From assembly GCA_013388805.1 (NCBI GenBank), contig JACAEO010000392.1, forward strand, positions 1 to 48,357: a DNA stretch of 48,357 nt, in the 5' to 3' direction. The notes under the pieces were generated by a model that had not been told where the DNA came from, made no database searches, and was given only the letters and a program-made list of their open reading frames with translations. Each line of letters opens with the position of its first letter. The first letter of the stretch is position 1. Below are positions 9,053 to 16,398 of the stretch, one piece after another. The position numbers and the translations under genes are program-made. Source of the stretch: Chloroflexota bacterium. GTDB taxonomy: Bacteria; Chloroflexota; Chloroflexia; Chloroflexales; Chloroflexaceae.

Positions 9053-9367
9053 ATGCTGCAGCACTATCTGGATCAGATTGACTCCTGGCTGGCCCGTGGT
9101 GAGCGGGTGGCAGTGGCGACCGTCGTGCAGACGATCGGCTCGGCGCCGCAGCAGGCGGGCGCGAAGCTATTCGTCACCACGGGCGGGGCCATGGCCGGCT
9201 CGGTGAGCGGCGGCTGCATCGAGGGCGCCGTCTTTGCGGCCTGCCAGGAGGTGTTGGCGAGCGGACAGGCTCGCCTCTTGCACTTCGGTGTGGCCGACGA
9301 GACGGCCTGGGAGGCGGGCCTGGCCTGTGGCGGAACGATCGCGGTGTTCGTTGAAGTGCTGGGATAA
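9053..9367 (+). CDS. XdhC/CoxI-family N-terminal-domain protein (molybdoenzyme maturation accessory)
   Basis: 104-aa ORF. VATVVQTIGSAPQQAGAKLFV...GSVSGGCIEGAV is the typical XdhC_CoxI domain pattern. Confidence 0.75.
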   Translation: MLQHYLDQIDSWLARGERVAVATVVQTIGSAPQQAGAKLFVTTGGAMAGSVSGGCIEGAVFAACQEVLASGQARLLHFGVADETAWEAGLACGGTIAVFVEVLG

Positions 9368-9372
9368 GCGAC

Positions 9373-10092
9373 GTGACGCAGCTCTACGACAAGTTGCGCG
9401 CAGCCATCCGGGCAGAGCAGCCGGTGGCGACCGCGACGCTGATCAGCGGGGCGGGGCCGATTGGCGCGAAACTGCTGCTCTGGCCCGCTGGCACGATCGA
9501 AGGCAGCCTGGGCGACGCCAGGCTCGACGCGGTGGCCCGCGATGCGGCAGCGCCGCTGCTGGCCCGGGGCGTGAGCCGCCAGGTCGAGCTGGCGGACCTG
9601 GGGGTCACGCTCTTCGTCGAGAGCTTTGTGCCGCCGCCGAGTCTCTTTATGGTGGGCGGCGTCCACATCGCGGTCGCGCTGGCCAGCATGGCCCGGGTGC
9701 TGGGTTTCCGCACCGTGGTGGTGGATGCACGTGCCGCCTTCGCCAGCGAGGAGCGCTTCGCGCACGTGAGCGAACTGGTGCTAGAATGGCCGGACGTGGC
9801 CCTGGCCGGGCGGCTGGATGCGCGGAGTTGCGTGGCGGTACTCACCCACGACCCCAAGCTCGACGATCCGGCGCTGCGGGTGGCGCTGCGTTCGCCGGCC
9901 TGCTACATCGGCGTACTGGGCAGCCCGGCAACCCATGCGAAGCGCCTGGCGCGCCTGAGCGCCGAGGGCTTCAGCGAGCAGGAGCTGGCCCGTATCCACG
10001 GGCCGATCGGTCTGGCGATCGGCGCGAAGACGCCCGAGGAGATCGCGCTGAGCATCCTGGCCCAGATCGTTGCCGTACAGAGGAAGGCTTGA
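9373..10092 (+). CDS. XdhC family protein (XdhC_CoxI plus Rossmann-like domain)
   Basis: GTG start 6 nt after the previous stop. ATLISGAGPIGAKLLL..GSLG, then LFMVGGVHIAVALASMARVLGFRTVVVDAR, DPKLDDPAL, YIGVLGS. Confidence 0.8.
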   Translation: MTQLYDKLRAAIRAEQPVATATLISGAGPIGAKLLLWPAGTIEGSLGDARLDAVARDAAAPLLARGVSRQVELADLGVTLFVESFVPPPSLFMVGGVHIAVALASMARVLGFRTVVVDARAAFASEERFAHVSELVLEWPDVALAGRLDARSCVAVLTHDPKLDDPALRVALRSPACYIGVLGSPATHAKRLARLSAEGFSEQELARIHGPIGLAIGAKTPEEIALSILAQIVAVQRKA

Positions 10093-10094
10093 CC

Positions 10095-10352
10095 ATGGAC
10101 ACGAGGCTGGCCGAGTTGCTCTACGAGGGTGCGCTGGCGCTGCAGCAGGGCGACAAGGCCCGGGCGCGCGAGTTGCTGCTGCAGGTGGTGGAGGCCGACG
10201 AGCGGATCGAAGAGGCGTGGCTCTGGCTGAGCGGCGCCGTGGACGACCCCGAGGATCAGCGCACCGCCCTCGAGAATGTCCTGGCGCTCAATCCGCAGAA
10301 CGCGCACGCGCGCTACGGCCTCGCGGTGCTGGACGGAAAAGACAACGGGTAA
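10095..10352 (+). CDS. Small TPR-like protein
   Basis: ATG 10095 lies 3 nt after the xdhC stop. 85 aa: ALALQQGDKARARELLLQVVEADERIEEAWLWLSGAV...ALENVLALNPQNAHARYGL. The long track ORF 9234-10352 is an out-of-frame read-through of the xdhC genes. Confidence 0.55.
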   Translation: MDTRLAELLYEGALALQQGDKARARELLLQVVEADERIEEAWLWLSGAVDDPEDQRTALENVLALNPQNAHARYGLAVLDGKDNG

Positions 10353-10440
10353 AGGGGCTGGGTTCAGAAGGGTTCCGCGCAACTCAGCTCGTCGCCCCCA
10401 CCCGAACCCGCCCCGAAACCGCGCTCCCGGGCTTGCGTGG

Positions 10441-10767
10441 TTACGGATGCTTCGGCGCACGTGGGCGGCGCGCGCCGCTGCGCTGTGGGTCGGATCGGGC
10501 AGGCGGGGGGGCATGCAGGGGCGCCTCCGGGGCTTCACGCTGCTCGGTCTGCCCCACCCAGTAGGTGTTGCGGCCCACGGTGGCAACGGCGCGAACCTGT
10601 ACGCCGGCCACGTCGGTGAGCTCGGCCTCATTCACCAGGACCAGGGTGGGCTGGACGCCGTGGAAGCGATCGCGGTAGGCGGCCATCGCCGCCGCGATCT
10701 TATGGCTCACACTGAGCCTGGGGTTGTCGTCGTACCACATCAGGAAGGGCGGGCTCTTTGCGGGCAT
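10441..10767 (-). CDS. Hypothetical protein (second gene of an orphan two-gene operon)
   Basis: 108-aa ORF, 9 nt downstream of the preceding minus-strand gene, with G/C-rich third codon positions. No motif recognised. Confidence 0.45.
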   Translation of the reverse strand: MPAKSPPFLMWYDDNPRLSVSHKIAAAMAAYRDRFHGVQPTLVLVNEAELTDVAGVQVRAVATVGRNTYWVGQTEQREAPEAPLHAPPPARSDPQRSGARRPRAPKHP

Positions 10768-10776
10768 GGGCGCCTC

Positions 10777-11064
10777 CTACCACTGAACGTGCCACGTGCC
10801 GGCACGCAGATCCTGAAACAGGGTGCAGCAGCGCCGATCGGCGCAGGTTACCGCGAAGTAGCGCCGATCGGCGTGGCCGCCCCGGCCAGCTACCTCCCAG
10901 ATGCGCTCGATCCGCGCGATGCGGTGCAGGGCGCCCCGGGCGCGGAAGCGCGCCGGCAGGAAGCCATAGCGCCGTTCGGTGAGCTCGACCGGGTCGGCGG
11001 GCCGGTGGCCCTGCCGTGCGAACTGGGGGCGGAGGAGCGGAGCGGTACGCCAGGTGATCATCAT
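10777..11064 (-). CDS. Hypothetical small protein (first gene of an orphan operon)
   Basis: I chose ATG 11064 (MMITWRT...) because the track start 11130 lies inside the predicted -35 box. The C-terminal pattern LPARFRARG..H.I..IERIWEV...RRYFAVTC....LFQD...GTWHV reminds me of the tail module of ImuB-type proteins. This is from memory and unverified. Confidence 0.45.
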   Translation of the reverse strand: MMITWRTAPLLRPQFARQGHRPADPVELTERRYGFLPARFRARGALHRIARIERIWEVAGRGGHADRRYFAVTCADRRCCTLFQDLRAGTWHVQW

Positions 11065-11101
11065 ACGAGCCTCGCGGTGGTGTGTGTCACTGCTGGCGTT
11101 G

Positions 11102-11130
11102 AGTATATCAGAACAAATGTTCAATGTCAA
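11102..11130 (-). promoter_or_regulatory. Sigma-70-type promoter for the minus-strand orphan operon
   Basis: Minus strand reads TTGACA (11130-11125), a 17-nt spacer, then TATACT (11107-11102), about 38 nt upstream of ATG 11064. Confidence 0.6.
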
Positions 11131-11187
11131 GCTTGAGTTCGTTATGCGGGTGTGTTATGATCACAGGGAGGAGGGCAGGTGCAGGTA

Positions 11188-11325
11188 ATACCAGGTGGAA
11201 TTGGCAATCCCGCATTGTCCCGCTCATCTCCACAGCGCTCCAGCTCCACACAGGGCTTTGTAGCGTTGTAGTGCTGTGGAGGTGTGGAGGTAAGCCAATG
11301 CGATGCCATCAAGCAGAGTCGGTAT
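11188..11325 (-). repeat. 138-bp palindromic intergenic repeat, copy B (inverted relative to copy A)
   Basis: Its reverse complement aligns end to end with nt 8907-9044 (see copy A). Confidence 0.85.
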
Positions 11326-11337
11326 AAGGTGAGGGCC

Positions 11338-11649
11338 ATGGCCCAGCGCGACAGCACAGCGGCAGCAGGGGAGCGTGAGCGGCTGGTGCGCCAGTATCGC
11401 GACCTGCTCGGCGAGTACAAAACGGTGAATGCCGAGCTAGCCGATCGCTCGTGGACGCTGGCCGAGCTAGAGCAGCAGATCGCGGCGCTGGAGGCCGCGG
11501 CGGCGCCAGGCGATCGGCGCGCGGCGGGACGGCTGCGCGCGCTGCGGCACTGGCGCGGCACGCTCGAGGAGCAGGTGCTGGCCCACATGTACCGCGCCGA
11601 GGCGATCGCGGCCGAGCTTGCCCGCTTGCGGGCTGCGCTTGAGCGATAG
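11338..11649 (+). CDS. Hypothetical coiled-coil protein
   Basis: ATG 11338 (MAQRDSTAAAGERERLVRQYRDLL...), 103 aa, heptad-like Leu/Ala/Glu/Arg-rich sequence. Preceded by GGTATAAGGTGAGGG. Confidence 0.45.
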   Translation: MAQRDSTAAAGERERLVRQYRDLLGEYKTVNAELADRSWTLAELEQQIAALEAAAAPGDRRAAGRLRALRHWRGTLEEQVLAHMYRAEAIAAELARLRAALER

Positions 11650-11654
11650 CCGGG

Positions 11655-12152
11655 CTACTCCAGCACCAGTTCGCCACTCCGCCCACCGCGCTTGGCGACG
11701 AGCCGGATCTCACTGATGCGCATGGCGCGATCCACCGCCTTGCACATATCGTAGATCGTCAGAGCGGCGACACTCACCGCCGTCAGCGCCTCCAGCTCCA
11801 CCCCGGTCTGCCCCGTGGTGCGCACCGTCGCCTCGATCTGCAGGGCATTGGCCCCCGGGTCGGGCTCGATCGTCACGCTCACGTGGGTGAGCAGCAGGGT
11901 GTGGCAGAGCGGGATGAGCTCGGGGGTGCGTTTGGCTGCCATGATGCCCGCGATACGGGCGGTGGCCAGCACGTCGCCCTTGGGCGCGGCACCGCTCATA
12001 ATCAGCTGGAGCGTGGCCGGCTGCATGCTGATCATCCCGCGGGCCACCGCCTCGCGCCGGGTTTCCGCCTTGGCGCCCACATCGACCATCTGCGCGCGGC
12101 CCTGTGCATCCAGGTGGCTGAGCTGCGGCTGCTCCTCGTTGGCGTGATTCAC
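11655..12152 (-). CDS. moaC: Cyclic pyranopterin monophosphate synthase MoaC
   Basis: 165 aa. [75 protein letters not shown] are characteristic MoaC segments. Confidence 0.9.
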   Translation of the reverse strand: MNHANEEQPQLSHLDAQGRAQMVDVGAKAETRREAVARGMISMQPATLQLIMSGAAPKGDVLATARIAGIMAAKRTPELIPLCHTLLLTHVSVTIEPDPGANALQIEATVRTTGQTGVELEALTAVSVAALTIYDMCKAVDRAMRISEIRLVAKRGGRSGELVLE

Positions 12153-12348
12153 TGGTCTGCTCCTGAGCTCGGTTGCTACTGCGCCGTCGGCGCTTCGTCG
12201 CCGGGTTGCGCCCGGTGGGCCGAGGCATTGGCCTCAGCGGGTGGGGGCTGACCCATCATAGCTGCACGGACGCCGGCCACGGGGGGCAGCGCTGCGGCGC
12301 TGGCCCCCGTGTCGTATCTATGCCCCATCCTCCTACACGCAGTCGCAT

Positions 12349-12361
12349 TTGTAAAGTTTAC
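12349..12361. promoter_or_regulatory. 13-bp perfect palindrome TGTAAAgTTTACA in the AT-rich moaC/mraZ divergent region
   Basis: Read directly. 6+1+6 palindromes are expected by chance several times in 48 kb, so this is only a weak operator candidate. Confidence 0.25.
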
Positions 12362-12409
12362 ATAACACAACAATCCTGTGTCTGAAGGGGAATCACGGCG
12401 GGAAAACGC

Positions 12410-12438
12410 TTGAAATGGTGGGGCCGGTGGTATATAAT
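12410..12438 (+). promoter_or_regulatory. Sigma-70-type promoter of the dcw (mraZ) operon
   Basis: TTGAAA (12410-12415), a 17-nt spacer, then TATAAT (12433-12438), about 150 nt upstream of the mraZ GTG. Confidence 0.65.
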
Positions 12439-12448
12439 GTGGACCACA

Positions 12449-12478
12449 GTGGGGAGAAGTGGGGAAAAGTGGAGAGAA
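12449..12478 (+). promoter_or_regulatory. Three tandem 10-nt direct repeats GTGG(G/A)GA(G/A)AA, candidate MraZ operator
   Basis: GTGGGGAGAA / GTGGGGAAAA / GTGGAGAGAA at exact 10-nt phasing, starting 11 nt after the -10 box. In E. coli, MraZ binds TGGGN direct repeats with 10-nt periodicity in the mra promoter. Confidence 0.6.
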
Positions 12479-12585
12479 CAACAAACGTTCGCATCGAAAA
12501 TCCTTTCAGGTGGGGGACGCGCGCTGAGTTATCCTGGTCAGACACTGCGACCGGGGGCGGCGGGGCGGCTCTCTGAGGCGGGCCA

Positions 12586-13017
12586 GTGTTCCTGGGAGAG
12601 TTCGAGCACATCATCGATGAGAAGGGCCGTGTCGCCATCCCCGCCCGTTTCCGTGAGGAACTGGGCGAGGGATTTGTTTTGACCCGGGGCTTCGAGCCGT
12701 GCTTACAGGCCTTCCCCTACCCGATCTGGCAGCAACTCTCCGAGCGGGTCAGCAAGTTGCCGTTTGCCAGTACCGAGGCGCGTAATATGCGCCGGATCCT
12801 CTTCTCACTGGCCGCCGAGGTGGAGATTGATCGTCAGGGGCGCATTCTCATCCCGCAGAACCTGCGCGAGTATGCCAGCCTGGCCGAGCAGGTGGTGATC
12901 AGCGGGATGAACACCTACTTTGAACTCTGGTCGGGCGAGCGCTGGAACGAGCTGCAGACGACGCTCACGGAGCAGGGGGCTGCGATCGCCGAGCAGTGGG
13001 CCGATCTGGGGATCTGA
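12586..13017 (+). CDS. mraZ: Transcriptional regulator MraZ
   Basis: GTG start, 143 aa. Two MraZ half-domains: [18 protein letters not shown] and [18 protein letters not shown]. Confidence 0.9.
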   Translation: MFLGEFEHIIDEKGRVAIPARFREELGEGFVLTRGFEPCLQAFPYPIWQQLSERVSKLPFASTEARNMRRILFSLAAEVEIDRQGRILIPQNLREYASLAEQVVISGMNTYFELWSGERWNELQTTLTEQGAAIAEQWADLGI

Positions 13018-13031
13018 GGGATGGACGCATT

Positions 13032-13979
13032 ATGGGCCAGCCTGAGCCGTCTGCGTTTCAGCACATTCCGGTGCTGCTGCCGGCGGTGCTCGCCGCACTA
13101 CAGCCACGGCCCGGCGCCTGCTTCATCGATGCAACGGTGGGCGGCGCGGGCCACGCCCTGGCCGTGCTGCAGGCCGCTCAGCCCGGCGGGCGGCTGCTCG
13201 GCATCGATGCCGACCCGGCGGCGCTTACGGCGGCCGCGGCGCGGCTCGGCGCTGCTGGCCTGCCCGCGGCCAGTTTCACCCTCGTCCATGGCCACTTCGC
13301 CGAGCTGGCAGCCCTGGCCCGCCAGCATGGCTTCGGCGCCGTCGATGGCATCCTGCTCGACCTGGGTGTCTCGTCCTATCAACTCGATACGGCGGCGCGC
13401 GGTTTCAGCTTCGCGGCCGATGGCCCGCTCGATATGCGTCTCGACCCGGGTGGCGGCCCCACCGCCGCCGATCTGGTGAACCAGCTGGATGAACAGGAGC
13501 TGGCTGACGTGATCTATCGCTATGGCGAAGAACGAGGTTCGCGGCGCATCGCGCGCCTGATCGTCGAACGGCGCCGCCAGGCGCCGATCACGACGACCGG
13601 CGAGCTGGCTGACCTGGTCCAGCGGGCGATCGGGCGCGGCGGGCGGGAGCGCATCCACCCGGCGACCCGCACCTTCCAGGCGTTGCGCATCGCCGTCAAC
13701 CAGGAGCTTGCCCAACTGGAGGCGGCCCTGCCCCAGGCCGTGGCGTTGCTCCGGCCCGGCGGTCGCCTGGCGGTGATCAGCTTTCACTCGCTCGAGGATC
13801 GGATCGTGAAGCAGTTCTTTCGCGCCGAGTCGGGCTATGGCGCCGGTGAGCCCCAGCACCCGCCTCGCCTGACGGTTCTGACCCGTAAGCCCATCGTGGC
13901 CGATGCGGCGGAATGCGCCGCCAACCCCCGCGCACGCAGCGCAAAGCTGCGCGTCGCCGAACGCCGCGCTGCAGCATGA
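13032..13979 (+). CDS. rsmH: 16S rRNA (cytosine1402-N4)-methyltransferase RsmH
   Basis: ATG 13032 ([16 protein letters not shown]). [46 protein letters not shown]. Confidence 0.9.
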   Translation: MGQPEPSAFQHIPVLLPAVLAALQPRPGACFIDATVGGAGHALAVLQAAQPGGRLLGIDADPAALTAAAARLGAAGLPAASFTLVHGHFAELAALARQHGFGAVDGILLDLGVSSYQLDTAARGFSFAADGPLDMRLDPGGGPTAADLVNQLDEQELADVIYRYGEERGSRRIARLIVERRRQAPITTTGELADLVQRAIGRGGRERIHPATRTFQALRIAVNQELAQLEAALPQAVALLRPGGRLAVISFHSLEDRIVKQFFRAESGYGAGEPQHPPRLTVLTRKPIVADAAECAANPRARSAKLRVAERRAAA

Positions 13980-14037
13980 GCGCTGGCGGCCCGGCGAGCG
14001 GCCGCCAGTCGTGTTTATCCGAGATAGGAGAGAGTGC

Positions 14038-14454
14038 ATGGCCGTCAACTCGCACCGCGTCTCATCGATCGCAGGCGCCCGCGCGCGCCGTCTGGCGCTG
14101 CCGCGCTACCTGCGCCTCGATGGCTCACGCTATCTGCTCGGCCTGGTGATCATGCTCTGCCTGATGAGCCTGATCGTGCTCGCCCAGACCGGCGTGGTGG
14201 CCACCAGGGGGTATGCGATCAGCGACCTGGAGGCCGAGAAGGTGAGCCTGCTCCGCGAGCGAACCCAGCTCCAGGAGCGCCAGGCGCGCGCCCACTCGCT
14301 CGAGCGCATCCGCCGCCGGGCTGAGCAGAACGGCCTGCGCCCGGTCCGCGATGGGCAGATCCGCTACCTCGAACTGCCCGCCCGCTCAGCGCCGGCCGCC
14401 CCGCCGGTCGTACCGGCCGGCCAGCCCGATGCGAGCAGCGACCGCGACGAATAG
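14038..14454 (+). CDS. ftsL: FtsL-like cell-division protein (single TM plus coiled coil)
   Basis: ATG 14038, 138 aa. One hydrophobic helix (LLGLVIMLCLMSLIVLA) followed by LEAEKVSLLRERTQLQERQARAHSLERI. Sits in the canonical position between rsmH and the PBP gene. Confidence 0.55.
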   Translation: MAVNSHRVSSIAGARARRLALPRYLRLDGSRYLLGLVIMLCLMSLIVLAQTGVVATRGYAISDLEAEKVSLLRERTQLQERQARAHSLERIRRRAEQNGLRPVRDGQIRYLELPARSAPAAPPVVPAGQPDASSDRDE

Positions 14455-14498
14455 CAGCGGCACGCGCGCCGCTTCACGACCAGGACGGTACCAGAGCG

Positions 14499-16307
14499 AT
14501 GGCTACCCGTAGCACAACCCGGCTCGATCGACCCCGCGCCTCCACCGGCGGCGCGCACGTCCGGCTTGCCCGCTGGCGGATCAATGCCATCCTGCTGCTC
14601 TGCCTGCTGCTGATCGCCCGTGTCGTCCTGCGCCTCGGCGAACTGCAGGTGCTGCGCCACGGCGAACTGCGTACCCTGGCCGAGCGTGAGATCGCCCAGC
14701 AGATCACCCTGCTGCCCACCCGCGGCATGATCACCGATCGCCTGGGCAATGTGCTGGCCATGGACGTGGACCGCGAGAGCCTGTGGGTTATTCCCGGCCT
14801 GGTCGACCAGGAGAAGGCGCCACGCCTGGCGCTGACCCTCGCGGCGCTGGTGGGCAAACCCGCCGATAGCATCCTCGATGCCCTGACGGACACGAAGCAC
14901 TACTGGCTGCCGGTGGCGCGCTGGCTCGAACCGGAGGTCGCTGCCCAGATCGAGGCGCTGAATGAGCCCGGGCTGCGCCTCGAGTACGAGCCGCGCCGCG
15001 TCTATCCTCAGGGCTCGTTTGCCGCCCAGGTGATCGGCGCCGTCAATTTTAACGGCGAAGGCATTAGCGGGATCGAGGCCTTCTATGACTCGCAGCTCAA
15101 GGGCATCACCGGGACGCTCGAGGCCGAGTTCGACGGCGCCCGCAAACCGATCGCGATCGCGCCCTCGCGCACCGTGCCGCCGCGCAACGGTATCAACATC
15201 CAGACGACGATCGACCCGCTCATCCAGTACGTGATCGAGCGTGAGTTGAAGACCGCTGTCGAGGATCACAATGCTGATGGCGGGTCGATCATCGTCATGG
15301 ATCCGCGGACGGGCGCGATCCGCGGGATGGCCAGCTGGCCCTCCTTCGATCCGAACCGCTACGGCGATTATCCGGAGGAGGTCTACGCGCGCAACCCGGC
15401 GGTCAGCAACCTCTACGAGCCGGGGAGCACCTTCAAGATGATCACCGTGGCCGCGGGGCTGCAGGCGCGGGCCTTCACCGCGGACACCGTGGTCAACGAT
15501 ACCGGGGTGGTGTTCCGCTACGGCTACTCATTGAGCAACTGGAACAGCGGCGCCAATGGCATGCTCGATTCCGAGCGGGTGCTCTACTTCTCCAGCAACG
15601 TCGGCGCATTGCAGCTCAACGAGTTGACCGGCCCCGAGCGCTTCTATGCCGCCCTGCGCGACTTCGGCTTTGGCCGGCCGACGGGTGTCGAGCTCGGTGG
15701 CGAGGAGCAGGGGATCGTCAATAGCTGGGGGAGCCCGACTTACAACGACCTGAATTTCCTCACCAACGCCTATGGCCAGGGCATCTCGGTGACCCCGCTG
15801 CAGATGGTGCAGGCGGCCGGGGCGATTGCCAACGACGGTGTGATGATGAAGCCGTACATCGTCGAACGGCGCTGCGAGGGCACGGTCTGCACCGATACCG
15901 AGCCGGTGGTGGTGGGCCGCCCGATCGAGCCCGGTGTGGCCTGGACCGTGCGGCAGATGCTGGTCCACTCGGCCAACCACTACAGCCCGGTGGTGTGGGG
16001 GCCGATCACCGGCGACTACAGCGATACATGGCTCGTGCCCGGCTATCGGGTAGGGGCGAAGACCGGTACCTCGAGCATTCCGATCGAGGGCGGTGGCTAC
16101 GATCCGAACTATACGATCGGCTCGGTGCTGGGCTTTGGCCCGGTGGACGAGGCACACTACGTGGTGCTGGTCAAGATCGACCGGCCCAAGGACGATATCT
16201 GGGGCGTGGGCACCGCCATCCCGGTCTTCTACAAGGTGATGGACGAGTTGCTGCGTTACGAGCGGATTCCTCCCGACCCGGGTCTGGTTGATCCGGGGCA
16301 GTCATAG
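14499..16307 (+). CDS. ftsI: Penicillin-binding protein 2/3 class (peptidoglycan D,D-transpeptidase, FtsI-like)
   Basis: 602 aa with an N-terminal TM helix. SxxK in GSTFKMIT, SxN in FSSNVG, KTG in GAKTGTS. Confidence 0.85.
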   Translation: MATRSTTRLDRPRASTGGAHVRLARWRINAILLLCLLLIARVVLRLGELQVLRHGELRTLAEREIAQQITLLPTRGMITDRLGNVLAMDVDRESLWVIPGLVDQEKAPRLALTLAALVGKPADSILDALTDTKHYWLPVARWLEPEVAAQIEALNEPGLRLEYEPRRVYPQGSFAAQVIGAVNFNGEGISGIEAFYDSQLKGITGTLEAEFDGARKPIAIAPSRTVPPRNGINIQTTIDPLIQYVIERELKTAVEDHNADGGSIIVMDPRTGAIRGMASWPSFDPNRYGDYPEEVYARNPAVSNLYEPGSTFKMITVAAGLQARAFTADTVVNDTGVVFRYGYSLSNWNSGANGMLDSERVLYFSSNVGALQLNELTGPERFYAALRDFGFGRPTGVELGGEEQGIVNSWGSPTYNDLNFLTNAYGQGISVTPLQMVQAAGAIANDGVMMKPYIVERRCEGTVCTDTEPVVVGRPIEPGVAWTVRQMLVHSANHYSPVVWGPITGDYSDTWLVPGYRVGAKTGTSSIPIEGGGYDPNYTIGSVLGFGPVDEAHYVVLVKIDRPKDDIWGVGTAIPVFYKVMDELLRYERIPPDPGLVDPGQS

Positions 16308-16398
16308 GCGCAGCCGTTGCGCCACCGGCGGCTATCAGCTACTTCTCATCAGGCGCGGCGTCGCCGCGGCGCATGGGAGAGGAGAACATGAACTATAA

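Noticed and set aside
9234-10352. 372-aa plus-strand ORF spanning both xdhC genes and the TPR gene.
   Set aside because: Only its last 85 codons (from ATG 10095) make sense as a protein. The rest is an alternative frame of the well-supported XdhC genes with Arg/Gly-rich nonsense translation.
8907-11325. The inverted-repeat-flanked segment as a composite transposon or invertase-controlled switch.
   Set aside because: No transposase, integrase or invertase ORF lies inside or next to it, and I see no obvious target-site duplication. I kept it only as a repeat/possible recombination substrate.
12449-12478. Tandem 10-nt repeats, and the 7-nt repeats at 30140-30170, as a possible CRISPR or minisatellite array.
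   Set aside because: The units are far too short, contiguous without spacers, and number only 3-4. There are no cas genes in the window.
12176-12484. 102-aa minus-strand ORF, and other short ORFs, in the moaC/mraZ intergenic region.
   Set aside because: It spans the predicted dcw promoter and MraZ boxes, has no ribosome-binding site, and has an odd composition. It is most likely non-coding regulatory DNA.
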